From a virus (Duplodnaviria > Caudoviricetes): 61,128 bases of DNA. The stretch spans positions 1 through 61,128 of IMG/VR virus record IMGVR_UViG_3300025000_000994. One strand, given 5' to 3'. The position numbers and the translations under genes were made by a program. This document shows, one piece after another, positions 36,182 to 46,070 of the stretch. The notes under the pieces are model-generated. The model was not told the DNA's origin and made no database searches. It was given only the letters and a program-made list of their open reading frames with translations. Within the stretch, counting starts at the first letter, position 1, and each line of letters starts with the position of its first letter.

Positions 36182-36691
36182 TCATACGTACTCCATCAAA
36201 ACCGTTATCGTGCCCAAGGCATAAGATGTCGCTGCACCAGAAGCCAGTTTCAAACATAGTGCGTCACCGGCTGCGAATGTGGCTGCTGCCGTGGTTACTG
36301 CTGCTTTGCTGACAGGTGTGTTGGCTGCGCTTGTGAGGTCAAAAGCTGCCGCAAGCAAAACGTCACCAGCACCCGGAGCCTCACCTGTGGTTAACTTTTC
36401 AATGGTCAATGTTCCTGCCTGACCCGCTACGGTTACATGGCGTTCATAGGCGGAAATTATCTTACAGGCTGCTGACGCTATAAAAAAGGTTTTGGCTACA
36501 TCTGCGGCTGCTACATCGTGGAATGTTACCATGAAGCGTGAGCCGGGTACGGCCTTGCCTGTGGCTATGCCTGCAAGAGTGTTTAGTTCTGCACCGGTAG
36601 GGGTTAAAGCTGTGCCTTTCTGGTATAGCGTTCCGTCTGTTCCGATGGCATCTACGCCATTGGTTTCTATAAGGTCTACAAAATTAGGCAT
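36182..36691 (-). CDS. Head-associated structural protein
   Basis: A/G/T-rich, directly after the capsid gene. Confidence 0.55.
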   Translation of the reverse strand: MPNFVDLIETNGVDAIGTDGTLYQKGTALTPTGAELNTLAGIATGKAVPGSRFMVTFHDVAAADVAKTFFIASAACKIISAYERHVTVAGQAGTLTIEKLTTGEAPGAGDVLLAAAFDLTSAANTPVSKAAVTTAAATFAAGDALCLKLASGAATSYALGTITVLMEYV

Positions 36692-36742
36692 CGTGTTACT
36701 CCTTTCATAAAGAGATGGGGGCAGTTGTTAGCTGCCCATTGA

Positions 36743-37633
36743 TTAAACTCCTGCGTTGCTTACAAATCCGAACCCGTCATGGATGATCGCACTCTTATAT
36801 CTCTCATAAGCGTTGAAGTACCACACAAGAGTATCTTTTGCATCAAACTCCGAATGAGTTTTTAAGCCCATTCTAATGAGCATGATTACGGAAGCAATGT
36901 TCTCGTCAATCAAGTGCCACGGTGCAGCAGACAAATACTTGCTGAGAATTACCTTCAAACTGGGAACGGTGTTCTTAGTGTTGGATGATTCCTGTGCTTT
37001 CAAGGTGGATTCAAGGACTGACTTAATCAGTGCACCTTTATCCTTGTGAGCTAAGATAGCCGTTGCAGAGGTGTCGAACACATCGCCATTGTGCTTTTTG
37101 ATTGCGTTGAACATGTTGTCAGCAGCAATGACGTTGTCGGGCGTAATCAGCCCGGATGTAGCAAGGTTGTCGTTTACTGCGGAAGTTCCTTTAAGCGGGT
37201 GGTCATTAGCGGCATAAGCTTTACCGTCTGCGCCTGTGTTTGTAAACACGCCATTCCACTGTGCGGCTACTGCTTTTTCTCTCGCCGTTATCATGGTGCT
37301 GTACAGGTCGTCAACCATAGGACCGTTGACTACGTTGTACTGATCGTCCTCATAGGTTTCAAGATCGATAGAAAAACCGTTTGTAACTTTTACAGGTTTA
37401 ACAGTAGTCTCATAGGCATCCTGTAATTTGCCGTATTCGATTGACCCGCCAGGTGCAGTTTCCTTTGCGGCAGGAAGGTTACCCAATGTCTCAAAGGTTT
37501 CCTCCATTTTAGTTGTATTCATTACTGTGGCGTAATCTCTCCAAGATTCCTTTTTAGGCTTTTCAAGATTCTTCTTCCACACTTCCATGTGGCCTACATA
37601 CATTTCCTTGTTCAGATCTGTTGAATTAATCAT
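36743..37633 (-). CDS. Major capsid protein (Mu gpT-like)
   Basis: YEDDQY and GADGKAYAANDHP; follows scaffold and cement genes. Confidence 0.8.
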   Translation of the reverse strand: MINSTDLNKEMYVGHMEVWKKNLEKPKKESWRDYATVMNTTKMEETFETLGNLPAAKETAPGGSIEYGKLQDAYETTVKPVKVTNGFSIDLETYEDDQYNVVNGPMVDDLYSTMITAREKAVAAQWNGVFTNTGADGKAYAANDHPLKGTSAVNDNLATSGLITPDNVIAADNMFNAIKKHNGDVFDTSATAILAHKDKGALIKSVLESTLKAQESSNTKNTVPSLKVILSKYLSAAPWHLIDENIASVIMLIRMGLKTHSEFDAKDTLVWYFNAYERYKSAIIHDGFGFVSNAGV

Positions 37634-37650
37634 CTATTATCTCCCCTTCC

Positions 37651-38049
37651 TTAACAATAAGTCAGCGCATCCGGTACTATGAAAGTAACCGTCTTTGCTG
37701 TGTTGTCGTAGCCTTGCAATACCGCAAAGCCGCCTGTGGTATCTGTGGCATCAATTACCAAGCCGCCTGTATCAAGGTCATAAACTTTGCCAAGGTCGGC
37801 ATCTGTGAATGTAACTGCTCCGGTAAATGGTGCTGTTACCTGTCTGCCTTTTACGGATTCAATAACAGCAACTGCGTTTTCGGCTACTGTTTCAGTAAAA
37901 ATACCAAGGCAAGTTGCCGCGCCGACTGTTCCGTCTCCACCAAGTACGGCTGTTACAGAGGAAAGTATTGCTACAGCCCCTGCTACTCCACCGCCTGTAC
38001 CGGCTACAAATTTTAACATTCTGCCAGGTTTGCTATCGCTTAAATACAT
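37651..38049 (-). CDS. Capsid cement/decoration protein
   Basis: Small, G/A/V-rich, between scaffold and capsid genes. Confidence 0.6.
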   Translation of the reverse strand: MYLSDSKPGRMLKFVAGTGGGVAGAVAILSSVTAVLGGDGTVGAATCLGIFTETVAENAVAVIESVKGRQVTAPFTGAVTFTDADLGKVYDLDTGGLVIDATDTTGGFAVLQGYDNTAKTVTFIVPDALTYC

Positions 38050-38064
38050 TTAAAATTCACCCTT

Positions 38065-38817
38065 TCATATTGATAGTTCCAAATATTGTTTTTTGGACAT
38101 TAGCGGTAGTCCTTGTAACTGCTTCTTTCTGTTAATGTTGGCTAAAATTCTTTCATCATCAGCCGACAACTTAACTGGCGTGTCCGCTTTTACATCGCCT
38201 GTTGTAATCTGCTTGCTCTTCGCTTTTTGCCTTGATAGAAGTGCTTCTTGTTCGGCTTTAGTCCGTATCTCTGCTGTGGTTGAGGCGTCAAGCTTTGCCT
38301 TACACAGTTCAGGCAGTGTAATAGCCCCCTTTGAAGCTTCTATAATGCCAATGAAGGAATCAAGATGGTCATATACGCCTGGATACTTTGAAGCGAGTTT
38401 ATCGGCTTGCTGACCGTATTTGATAGATTTCAACTCTCGTTTGAGTTCTTCTCTTTCCCTACGGTCTGATACCCTGTCCTCTGCTTCTTGCTCCGTCAAG
38501 CCATCGTCAATCAAACGCTGTTTAAGCTGTCTGTCTTTGTCGGCTTGTTCCCTGACTGCTCTATCTTTTTCAAGTGTTGCAAGTCTGTCACGAAGTTTTT
38601 TCCTTTCTTCTCTTTCCGCGTGCAAGGCTTTAAGAGGAACCATCTTCTCGGGCTTTGCCTTCTCAGGCTCTTCCATTTCGGTCTCGGTCTCTACCTCGGT
38701 TTCATCTCCCTCGGCTTCTTCCTCAAGTTCGACAGTATCCTCAACTTCTTCTTCAAGCTCGATGTCGTCAATTTCTTCTCCATCAGCAAAAAGTTGCAGA
38801 TTAATATTTTTGATCAT
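38065..38817 (-). CDS. Capsid scaffolding protein with an N-terminal Prp-type cleavage motif
   Basis: MIKNINLQLFA, acidic N-terminus, VPLKALHAEREERK coiled coil. Confidence 0.8.
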   Translation of the reverse strand: MIKNINLQLFADGEEIDDIELEEEVEDTVELEEEAEGDETEVETETEMEEPEKAKPEKMVPLKALHAEREERKKLRDRLATLEKDRAVREQADKDRQLKQRLIDDGLTEQEAEDRVSDRREREELKRELKSIKYGQQADKLASKYPGVYDHLDSFIGIIEASKGAITLPELCKAKLDASTTAEIRTKAEQEALLSRQKAKSKQITTGDVKADTPVKLSADDERILANINRKKQLQGLPLMSKKQYLELSI

Positions 38818-38922
38818 ATAAGCCTCCATGTCGTGTAGGTACACGTTACTGCCGTATCGCCGCAGACGCGAATTTGTGATAATAAAAAAGAGCCTGTTGG
38901 CTCAAATTTAACTTTATTGGTT

Positions 38923-39306
38923 TTATTCTTTCGCTCCCTCAGTAGCTTCCTTTATTTTTGCTAACAAGGTTTCCTCCTTCATGTTTTGAAGCACCCCTTT
39001 GACATTAAGGGCTTTCGCCTGTTCAATAAGATCCGCTTTATTTACTTCTGTTGTTCCCTCTTTCCCCTGGTCTTTCAGCAACAGTTTAAGTCCTTCCGCT
39101 GTCAATAAATCCTCGTCAACATAAATATCCATGATTTCAGTCTTATTCTTTTTGATACACAGCAAAAATCCTTCCTTTGTCTTGCCGAAATACTGAACAT
39201 TTCCGCCGTAATAGTCATACGGAAATCCCGTTACCTTTTTTTCTATTACATCGTTGTAAGTGAATAGTCTTCCTGCAATTATGGTCTTGCCCAATAGATA
39301 TTTCAT
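38923..39306 (-). CDS. Hypothetical protein
   Basis: C-terminal small helical (Rho-N/HeH-like) segment. Confidence 0.55.
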   Translation of the reverse strand: MKYLLGKTIIAGRLFTYNDVIEKKVTGFPYDYYGGNVQYFGKTKEGFLLCIKKNKTEIMDIYVDEDLLTAEGLKLLLKDQGKEGTTEVNKADLIEQAKALNVKGVLQNMKEETLLAKIKEATEGAKE

Positions 39307-39647
39307 ACTCCCGCTATCTCCTTTTCTATTTGTTCCATTTCCTCTGCCGATACGTCAAGATGCTCCATAAGATACTGCCTCATAGTGATTGCATAGGGCG
39401 TATCTTTGCCACATGCAAAGCAGTGGCAACTTCCTGGTGATGGTTGGTCATGCCAAGAGCCTAACCGTTCGCAATGACCGCATATAGGCTCGTCAAGCAG
39501 TTCGACACCTCCACCGGAAGAATACGCAAACTTCTTTTCAATATCGTTATGTTGGAAAATGTGATTGCCAAACGCCTTATTTTTATCAAGTATGAGTTTA
39601 TGTGTTGTTATATTTTGTGCGTGAGGCTGCCAGATTCTTTGTTTCAC
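39303..39647 (-). CDS. Zn-finger protein
   Basis: CGHC and CHCFAC. Confidence 0.6.
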   Translation of the reverse strand: MKQRIWQPHAQNITTHKLILDKNKAFGNHIFQHNDIEKKFAYSSGGGVELLDEPICGHCERLGSWHDQPSPGSCHCFACGKDTPYAITMRQYLMEHLDVSAEEMEQIEKEIAGV

Positions 39648-41524
39648 TTGCTCACCCCCATTGGTTGGTTACTCATTAACCCCGTTGCGCCTCCTGCACC
39701 TTCTATGTAGGGATTTGCTGCTGTGGCTTGCTGATTACCCATTGGTATATTCTGATTGACTGCACCACCGTTTGCGCCTGTCACAGCACCCATAACTCTT
39801 TCAGCTTCCGGCACAAGTTTTACAATAGGTATACCTATGATGTCCTCAACCAATCGTTGCACTTGCTGATAACTCAATAGTGATTTCGGTTGTCCTGTGA
39901 TTTCGTCCGGTAATACCATTTTGGAAAGTGAAAGGATAATATTCAATAGCGCCATTTTGTTGGATGGGACACCTTCGCCAATGCTTACCTCAACGTCGAA
40001 TATAGCCTTTTTAGTCTGTGGCTTTCCACCGTCCTCAGATTCCAATTGCATATATTGTGGTACCGGTTTATCGGGGTGCGCGGTTTTCCATTGATTCTCA
40101 TATGCTGAATCAACGGGGATCATAGCGGGAACATTTCTCAATTGCCTCGCATCTACCCATTCGGTTTCTTCTGATTCCTCTGATATGCGAACAGCTTTGG
40201 CGGCGGGCCAGAATTCCATCATCAAGCCGATCATGTACATGGTGGCTTCTGCTATGGCCTCCGAAGCATCCCCTCGCTTGTCGTCTATTCCTGCGTTACC
40301 CTGTTGTACCATGATACCGCTTTGTGTGGCTGTAATCTCCCTTGATGGTGCTGTACCCATCATTAGACTTGAGAACCGCGTAATGCGCTGTACCTCGGTT
40401 AATATGAGGTTGATAAGCTGTAACACTATCTGGTTGATTCCCTGCCCCTGCGTGGTCTTTACGTTCTTGCTGGGTTCTCGCACGTATATTAGGTGAGAAG
40501 GGTCCCCGTCTAATTGGTCTGGGTCAAGTCCACTATTAGGGTCAACGTATCTCTCTGCCTGTGCAGAATATTTGGCAGCAATGATACATTCATCCCACAA
40601 GTTATTGAGCAGGTTTTGAAGCCTTACAAGTAATTTGCCATCACCAAAACGATGAAATTTTCCTTCTTCCGGATATAGTCCGAAGAACTTATATGGATAT
40701 TGATTCTCGACAAACTCATAAAATGGCTTTGATGGGTCGCTTTCGTCCAGCATGATTCCACATAAACTTATATCAAGCCGTTGAAGGTTTCCTTCCTCAT
40801 TATTGCGTGTCCATACATGGAGCTTTGTAAAGCCATCCTTGTCATCGAATGTCTGGCTCCCGTCAAAGTCTGGGTCAGTGTTACCGAGTGATACGGCGTT
40901 GGCTATATCGTCGCCGTAGTCTTTGCGGGCGGATAAGATTGAGAATGAGCCTATTTCTTCAATGATGTATTCAGCCTTTTCAATGTCGAGCAGGTTCTTT
41001 ATCTTGCCATCCACGAACACCTTGCTTATCTGCGGTGTGCGCCAATCTGGTAAACCAAATCCATCTAAAGCGTCTGGATTCCAACCAATAGCAAAACAGC
41101 CTGTGCCAAACATAATATATCGCCTAATGCCCTGCTTAACCTTGCTCTTGATACGGATATTCCGATAAGCAAAGTCTGTCAATATCTGTCCTACATGAGC
41201 GAACTTCTGATCGGAATATCCTTCGCCCTTGACAGATGCAGATATATTCTTGTCGGACATGGAAGCTGTCTGACCTTCTACTACGGGAAGAATTAAAGGG
41301 TCAAAGCTGTTCGGGTCGTTCTCGCTCTTTTTCTCCCTCTCGCACCGGTACAACTTTTCAATTTCCTCGTCCTGTTCAAGCCGCGGCTGATATTCTGATT
41401 TGAGCTGTCTATATTTAGTCAGGTAAAAGTCTACTCTCTCCTGCTGTTCTTTGGTATTAACCTTATCCCTTGCAGAGGCAAAAGACGGTTTTTGGTCGTA
41501 TTGCTTTTCGTATATGTCTGCCAA
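39644..41524 (-). CDS. Portal protein (P22/podovirus-like)
   Basis: 626 aa after terL; GDGKLLVRLQNLLNNL and TATQSGIM. Confidence 0.8.
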   Translation of the reverse strand: MADIYEKQYDQKPSFASARDKVNTKEQQERVDFYLTKYRQLKSEYQPRLEQDEEIEKLYRCEREKKSENDPNSFDPLILPVVEGQTASMSDKNISASVKGEGYSDQKFAHVGQILTDFAYRNIRIKSKVKQGIRRYIMFGTGCFAIGWNPDALDGFGLPDWRTPQISKVFVDGKIKNLLDIEKAEYIIEEIGSFSILSARKDYGDDIANAVSLGNTDPDFDGSQTFDDKDGFTKLHVWTRNNEEGNLQRLDISLCGIMLDESDPSKPFYEFVENQYPYKFFGLYPEEGKFHRFGDGKLLVRLQNLLNNLWDECIIAAKYSAQAERYVDPNSGLDPDQLDGDPSHLIYVREPSKNVKTTQGQGINQIVLQLINLILTEVQRITRFSSLMMGTAPSREITATQSGIMVQQGNAGIDDKRGDASEAIAEATMYMIGLMMEFWPAAKAVRISEESEETEWVDARQLRNVPAMIPVDSAYENQWKTAHPDKPVPQYMQLESEDGGKPQTKKAIFDVEVSIGEGVPSNKMALLNIILSLSKMVLPDEITGQPKSLLSYQQVQRLVEDIIGIPIVKLVPEAERVMGAVTGANGGAVNQNIPMGNQQATAANPYIEGAGGATGLMSNQPMGVSK

Positions 41525-41536
41525 CTAAACCGCCTC

Positions 41537-41818
41537 CTATTCGCCAATATTTATAAAGGTTACAAGATCATCTTCTATTTCTGTACAAATTTCATGACCT
41601 TTGGTTACTTCAATTTCTTTGGTTAATACTTTTCCACAATAAGGACACATTAAAAACTTATTGCTTTGCTTTCCGTGTTCTTTGCAATATGTTTTTTGTT
41701 TTGTTGTTTTATAACCATTTTCGTAATAGTGTTTTACTTGACAAGCGCTACAGCAAAACCTTTTTCTGCCTCTATAAAACGGAAATTCTTTACCGCAATA
41801 TAAACAATTTTTAATCAT
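41537..41818 (-). CDS. Zn-finger protein
   Basis: CLYCGKEF..FCCSAC. Confidence 0.6.
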   Translation of the reverse strand: MIKNCLYCGKEFPFYRGRKRFCCSACQVKHYYENGYKTTKQKTYCKEHGKQSNKFLMCPYCGKVLTKEIEVTKGHEICTEIEDDLVTFINIGE

Positions 41819-42006
41819 AAATCCTCCTTTGGTATCGGTTTCCTATTCTTATAATTAAAAAGTCCCTCTTTAGTTAAGAAGGGTGAATCGCTTTGAATCG
41901 GTTTTTCTGCAAGTTGCAACTTTATTTCCTGCAAATCCTTTTGTATGCTGTCAAGTCGAATATTTATAGCCAGCATACCGGCTTCAAGTTCTTTGTTTCC
42001 AAACAT
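41815..42006 (-). CDS. Small coiled-coil protein
   Basis: In operon after terL. Confidence 0.5.
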   Translation of the reverse strand: MFGNKELEAGMLAINIRLDSIQKDLQEIKLQLAEKPIQSDSPFLTKEGLFNYKNRKPIPKEDL

Positions 42007-42010
42007 AGCA

Positions 42011-43651
42011 TCACTTCTCCCATGATTTTTTCATTTTCTTCATGATTTGCTTAACCTCATAAGGCTTAAACCCTTGGTCTTGAAGTTCATCGGGCGTATA
42101 ATAGCCATCTGTAGGCAATTCTTTATGCCCAAAACTAAAGGCGTACATAAGGCGGTTCAAAGCCATTGAACTCATGTCTACGAGATCGTCCTTTTGCACC
42201 TTTTTCCCAGGCTTGAAGTTGGCACATTGGTCAATTACGTCCTGTGCCCACTTGCATTTTTGGAACACTCCCGGGCTTACTTCGATTTCATCGGGTATGA
42301 ATACATTTCCTGATTCCCACACCGGAAGAACAGCGTTGACACGTTCCTCTTTGCTCTTGGTTGCTTGTACAGGTATCATGCCGGGAAGCTTTATTTTCAT
42401 CATAGTGATTACAGCGGAGCCATTGGCTTTATCCTCAATGAGTTTGCACAGTGCTTTAGGCCATTTCTTAGCCATAGAGGTAATGGCTTTCATGGTTGCA
42501 ATAATATCCATTCTCCTGTAATCAATGTCTAGAAGGAAGCAATTTGCCCCTATTCTTCCCCACGTTCCACCAGCTACAAGGTCAGAGTTTTTAGTATCCT
42601 TGAATGAACAATCCCACGATTGGAGCATTTCGTCAAAACCTTCACCTTTTTGCATCTTTAAGGTTAACTTATACCGTTGCCAATACTCGCGCTTTATAAG
42701 ATTGCCTTCCAGTGACGAGGGCTTGCCTTGCATAAGTGCGTTCCACGCTCTCAAGCCGCCACCCGTAGGGTCGTTAAGGAAGGACCTCTTATATTCTTCA
42801 AGCCACTTCTTGTCTTTACCAGCTTCTATAAGCAGCGGGTCGCCCGGCTCTCTCCCAGTTATTTCTTCGTATTCCTCCGCCTCTTGTGGAAAGTTCATAT
42901 AAAACCACTTGTCGGGTTCACTATCCAACAGATAGCCTATTAAATCATCTTCATTCCATCGGGTGTGAACAATGATATATTTGCACTTGGATGAAGCCCT
43001 CGTTTTGATAGTGTTGAACCACTCATTTATTACAAACTGCTTATACAATGGGCTGTCTGCGTCCTGTCTGTTTTTGTATGGGTCGTCGATTATGGTTAAG
43101 TCTGAAGGTGAACCGGTTATAGCTGCACCTAAACCACGACTGAGCATACCCCCACGGGTTACGGCGAGTTCAAATTCCTCCGCCGATTTCTTATCTTGGG
43201 ATAATTCAATATTGAAAATTTGTTTACCGTATTCGTTTATCTTTTCAATGTTCCTTCGCCCAAACCGGTTCGCCAGATCGTCACCGTATGATATTTCTAT
43301 AACATGGTCAGATGGATTCCGCCCTAAATAATACGATGGTAATGTTTCAGTGATGCAAGAGGATTTTCCTGTTTGTGATGGCTGCGAAAGCAAAATGCCC
43401 TCGTATGGTTCGCCATGTTTATTAATCAGTTTATTATCAAGTAATAAATCAATTTTGTTGCATATGTACTTTTGAAACTTAGCTATTTTAAACTTTTGGT
43501 TGTGGATATGTACATACTGAACATATGTGGCATAATCGGTCTTGGCAAGTTCGGGCATTATTTCAGCTTCAAGTTTAACCTTGCGTTCTTTGAGTTCCCT
43601 GAGTTTCTTTTTTATCTCAAGCTCTTTTTTGGGGTCAAGTGTTTCCTGCAT
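42011..43651 (-). CDS. terL: Terminase large subunit
   Basis: Walker A-like PSQTGKS, IIDDP, TRWNEDD, nuclease SWDCSFK, IEDKANG and DDLVD. Confidence 0.92.
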   Translation of the reverse strand: MQETLDPKKELEIKKKLRELKERKVKLEAEIMPELAKTDYATYVQYVHIHNQKFKIAKFQKYICNKIDLLLDNKLINKHGEPYEGILLSQPSQTGKSSCITETLPSYYLGRNPSDHVIEISYGDDLANRFGRRNIEKINEYGKQIFNIELSQDKKSAEEFELAVTRGGMLSRGLGAAITGSPSDLTIIDDPYKNRQDADSPLYKQFVINEWFNTIKTRASSKCKYIIVHTRWNEDDLIGYLLDSEPDKWFYMNFPQEAEEYEEITGREPGDPLLIEAGKDKKWLEEYKRSFLNDPTGGGLRAWNALMQGKPSSLEGNLIKREYWQRYKLTLKMQKGEGFDEMLQSWDCSFKDTKNSDLVAGGTWGRIGANCFLLDIDYRRMDIIATMKAITSMAKKWPKALCKLIEDKANGSAVITMMKIKLPGMIPVQATKSKEERVNAVLPVWESGNVFIPDEIEVSPGVFQKCKWAQDVIDQCANFKPGKKVQKDDLVDMSSMALNRLMYAFSFGHKELPTDGYYTPDELQDQGFKPYEVKQIMKKMKKSWEK

Positions 43652-43674
43652 TGGGTATCACGCCCTTATATATT

Positions 43675-44091
43675 TCATCTTCTATACCAGAAGTTCATAT
43701 TGCGCCCGTAGTAAAAATCTTCTCCACTATCAAAGAAGTCATATTTAAGTAACCGTCCATATACAGATTTTCTTTTATCATTTGACCACTCAATATGAAG
43801 TTCTGCCTTTTCTGGCATTGAATCTCTAAAATCTAGTACGTACCTCAGCGCTTTTGTTAACCCTTCAAGGCCGCACCTGCCAGTTTGAACATTGTTTAGT
43901 TTATATCTACTTTTGTTAAACCATCGGTTGGCTTCTTTTACGGATGGGCTTATACACAAGCCCATAGTCCAAACTGCAATTCCAGTTTCATTACAATGCT
44001 TTTGGAAAAATAAATTAAGCCATTGCCCATTAGACAATAGCTCATGTATGCGGTACTCGTGCTTTCGTTTGGTACAATTTTGAGGAAGCAT
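43675..44091 (-). CDS. Hypothetical protein in the terS-terL insertion
   Basis: RBS GGAGG; 138 aa. Confidence 0.6.
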   Translation of the reverse strand: MLPQNCTKRKHEYRIHELLSNGQWLNLFFQKHCNETGIAVWTMGLCISPSVKEANRWFNKSRYKLNNVQTGRCGLEGLTKALRYVLDFRDSMPEKAELHIEWSNDKRKSVYGRLLKYDFFDSGEDFYYGRNMNFWYRR

Positions 44092-44100
44092 AAACCCTCC

Positions 44101-44418
44101 TTATAGCCGTTCAATCTCTCTATACGTCATGCCGCCCAATCCCGGACTTTCACTTAAATCATTGTAGTGCGCTTCGGGATGTTGCGGGTACATGAACTCG
44201 ATCATAGCGAAGTTGGCTACATCGGCAAGGTATTCTGTGTTGCCAGTTTGTTTATACAGTTCAAGCCTTGAATCAATATTCTTTAATGCGCTTACAAGCC
44301 TTTCGCCATAGTTGATGGCTACGGGACCGTATTTGTCATACGATACAATCATTCTGTTCTTACGCAGCATGTCAAATCTATCTGAATACTCAGTTTTCAG
44401 TATTTTTTCGTTTGCCAT
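44101..44418 (-). CDS. Small helical protein with a MazG-like EYLADVAN motif
   Basis: YDKYG..GNTEYLADVANFAMIEF. Confidence 0.55.
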   Translation of the reverse strand: MANEKILKTEYSDRFDMLRKNRMIVSYDKYGPVAINYGERLVSALKNIDSRLELYKQTGNTEYLADVANFAMIEFMYPQHPEAHYNDLSESPGLGGMTYREIERL

Positions 44419-44496
44419 ATATCCTCCTTAAATCCCCATACCACCAGAAGCTAACTTCACATTAAACCGAACTTTTAGGCTGCGGTTGGGGGAGCA

Positions 44497-44859
44497 TTAA
44501 ACTTTATGCGTTCCTTCGATTCCCTTATTTTCTCTACCCATAGTTCTTTTCCTTAGCCACAATAAAGCTTCTTCAAGCTTGGTTATTGCAAGTGCGTTTT
44601 CGCGGCAGGAGAATTCAGATTTTTGGAAATGTTCAAGTCGACAAATAACCATTGCAATCAAATCCTCGTTCATTACGCCGTTCACGCCGCATTCTTTAAT
44701 AGGGCCTTCTTGGAAATGGATATCTGCAAAAACTACCGCAGGTTTTCCAGATACAATTACTTCAAAATTATGTGGTGCATTATATTCCATGTCCTCCGGG
44801 TCTTCGTGAAATACCTCTGTGTACTTCGATGTCAATAGGTCGTGTTTAAGTTTCATCAT
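44497..44859 (-). CDS. tad1: Tad1-family anti-Thoeris/CBASS nucleotide sponge
   Basis: HNF..IHFQEG..GVMNEDL..RLEHFQ..FSCRENALAITKLEEALLWL..R..R..GT matches the Tad1 pattern as recalled. Confidence 0.8.
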   Translation of the reverse strand: MMKLKHDLLTSKYTEVFHEDPEDMEYNAPHNFEVIVSGKPAVVFADIHFQEGPIKECGVNGVMNEDLIAMVICRLEHFQKSEFSCRENALAITKLEEALLWLRKRTMGRENKGIEGTHKV

Positions 44860-44908
44860 ACTTTTGACTTCCTTTCGTCACATTAATTTATCTGAAGCCG
44901 TTTGGCTG

Positions 44909-45454
44909 TCAGTCTACTTTATCGACTTGCTTAAATTCTTCCTGCATATTTAAATATTTTTCTATAACCCATTTTGGTAAGTGGTCTTTTAATTCTTCTT
45001 GAAAAGCTATAAACAGATATAACGGTATATAATGTGTTGTGTTGTAGTACAAGGGATTGAAGCAAAAGTATTCACAGCCGTTTATGACAATAGGCTTGAT
45101 TATTTTATTGTCAAGCATCTTATTCCAAAATGGTGAGAAGTTTGCCCTATGTACTCCAACAACTTCTATAACATCCTGTTTTGACAGTGGCATTATTGTA
45201 TTGTTTACTCTTTTAGCCAATAAGTTACTATCTGAATAAATGTGTTTGCTAAGCCTATACATTTTGCCACATTCGTTATCGGTGAAGCACTCAGGTAGTT
45301 CTATACCGAGATAACTTTTTATTACTGCTGATTTATACTTAAAATTATAACCTCTGCCGTCTTGAAATGGATTGTAAAACTTGCGTAGTTTGGGGTCTCC
45401 TATAGCCTCGCCATCAGAAGTTATAACCCGTTCCTGTTTAAAATACTCGTCCAT
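44909..45454 (-). CDS. RepL-like wHTH protein
   Basis: HTH then YFCFNPLYY; upstream GCGAAAACGCG direct repeats. Confidence 0.5.
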   Translation of the reverse strand: MDEYFKQERVITSDGEAIGDPKLRKFYNPFQDGRGYNFKYKSAVIKSYLGIELPECFTDNECGKMYRLSKHIYSDSNLLAKRVNNTIMPLSKQDVIEVVGVHRANFSPFWNKMLDNKIIKPIVINGCEYFCFNPLYYNTTHYIPLYLFIAFQEELKDHLPKWVIEKYLNMQEEFKQVDKVD

Positions 45455-45611
45455 GTATCACCTCTAAATACTATGTGCGAAAACGCGACAAAATCAAAAA
45501 TATATGTAGCGAAAACGCGCATTTTAAAATTAACATCACTCTTAGATACATAAGCCTTTGCGGATTTCGCCCAATCAAACACGTATAATACAATATGTAT
45601 ACGTCTCTGTT

Positions 45612-45818
45612 TTAACCCCTTATAGCCGTCCTATGAGGAGGAGCATAATAATAATACTTCCCGGGATAAACAGTTTCTCTTTTAGTATCTTCGTAATTTT
45701 TAATATCAATATCTGAACAGGTTTCTTCATCGTATTCGCAACCACCGGCTACAACTACCTTAATTTTTTTATCTTGGTCAAGTGCTTTTAATTGTTCTAT
45801 TAAATCTTTAACTTTCAT
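45612..45818 (-). CDS. Hypothetical protein
   Basis: MKVKDLIEQL; RBS AGGAGG. Confidence 0.6.
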   Translation of the reverse strand: MKVKDLIEQLKALDQDKKIKVVVAGGCEYDEETCSDIDIKNYEDTKRETVYPGKYYYYAPPHRTAIRG

Positions 45819-46070
45819 AAAAAGCCTCCTTGAAAAATTATTCTGAAAAATTTGTGAATTGTGAGAGGGTATTATATATAGCGTGACCGGGTGCCTCCCC
45901 CGATGGCCCCCGCCCCTACCCATCCAGTATCATCGCATAATCACGTACACATCAAATCATACTCATATACGCTACAAAATACACGCATAATATACTATGT
46001 ACGCTTACATACTGTAGGTACGTAGCCATATTTATACCCTTGATTACACGAAATAAACCATTCGCGTACT

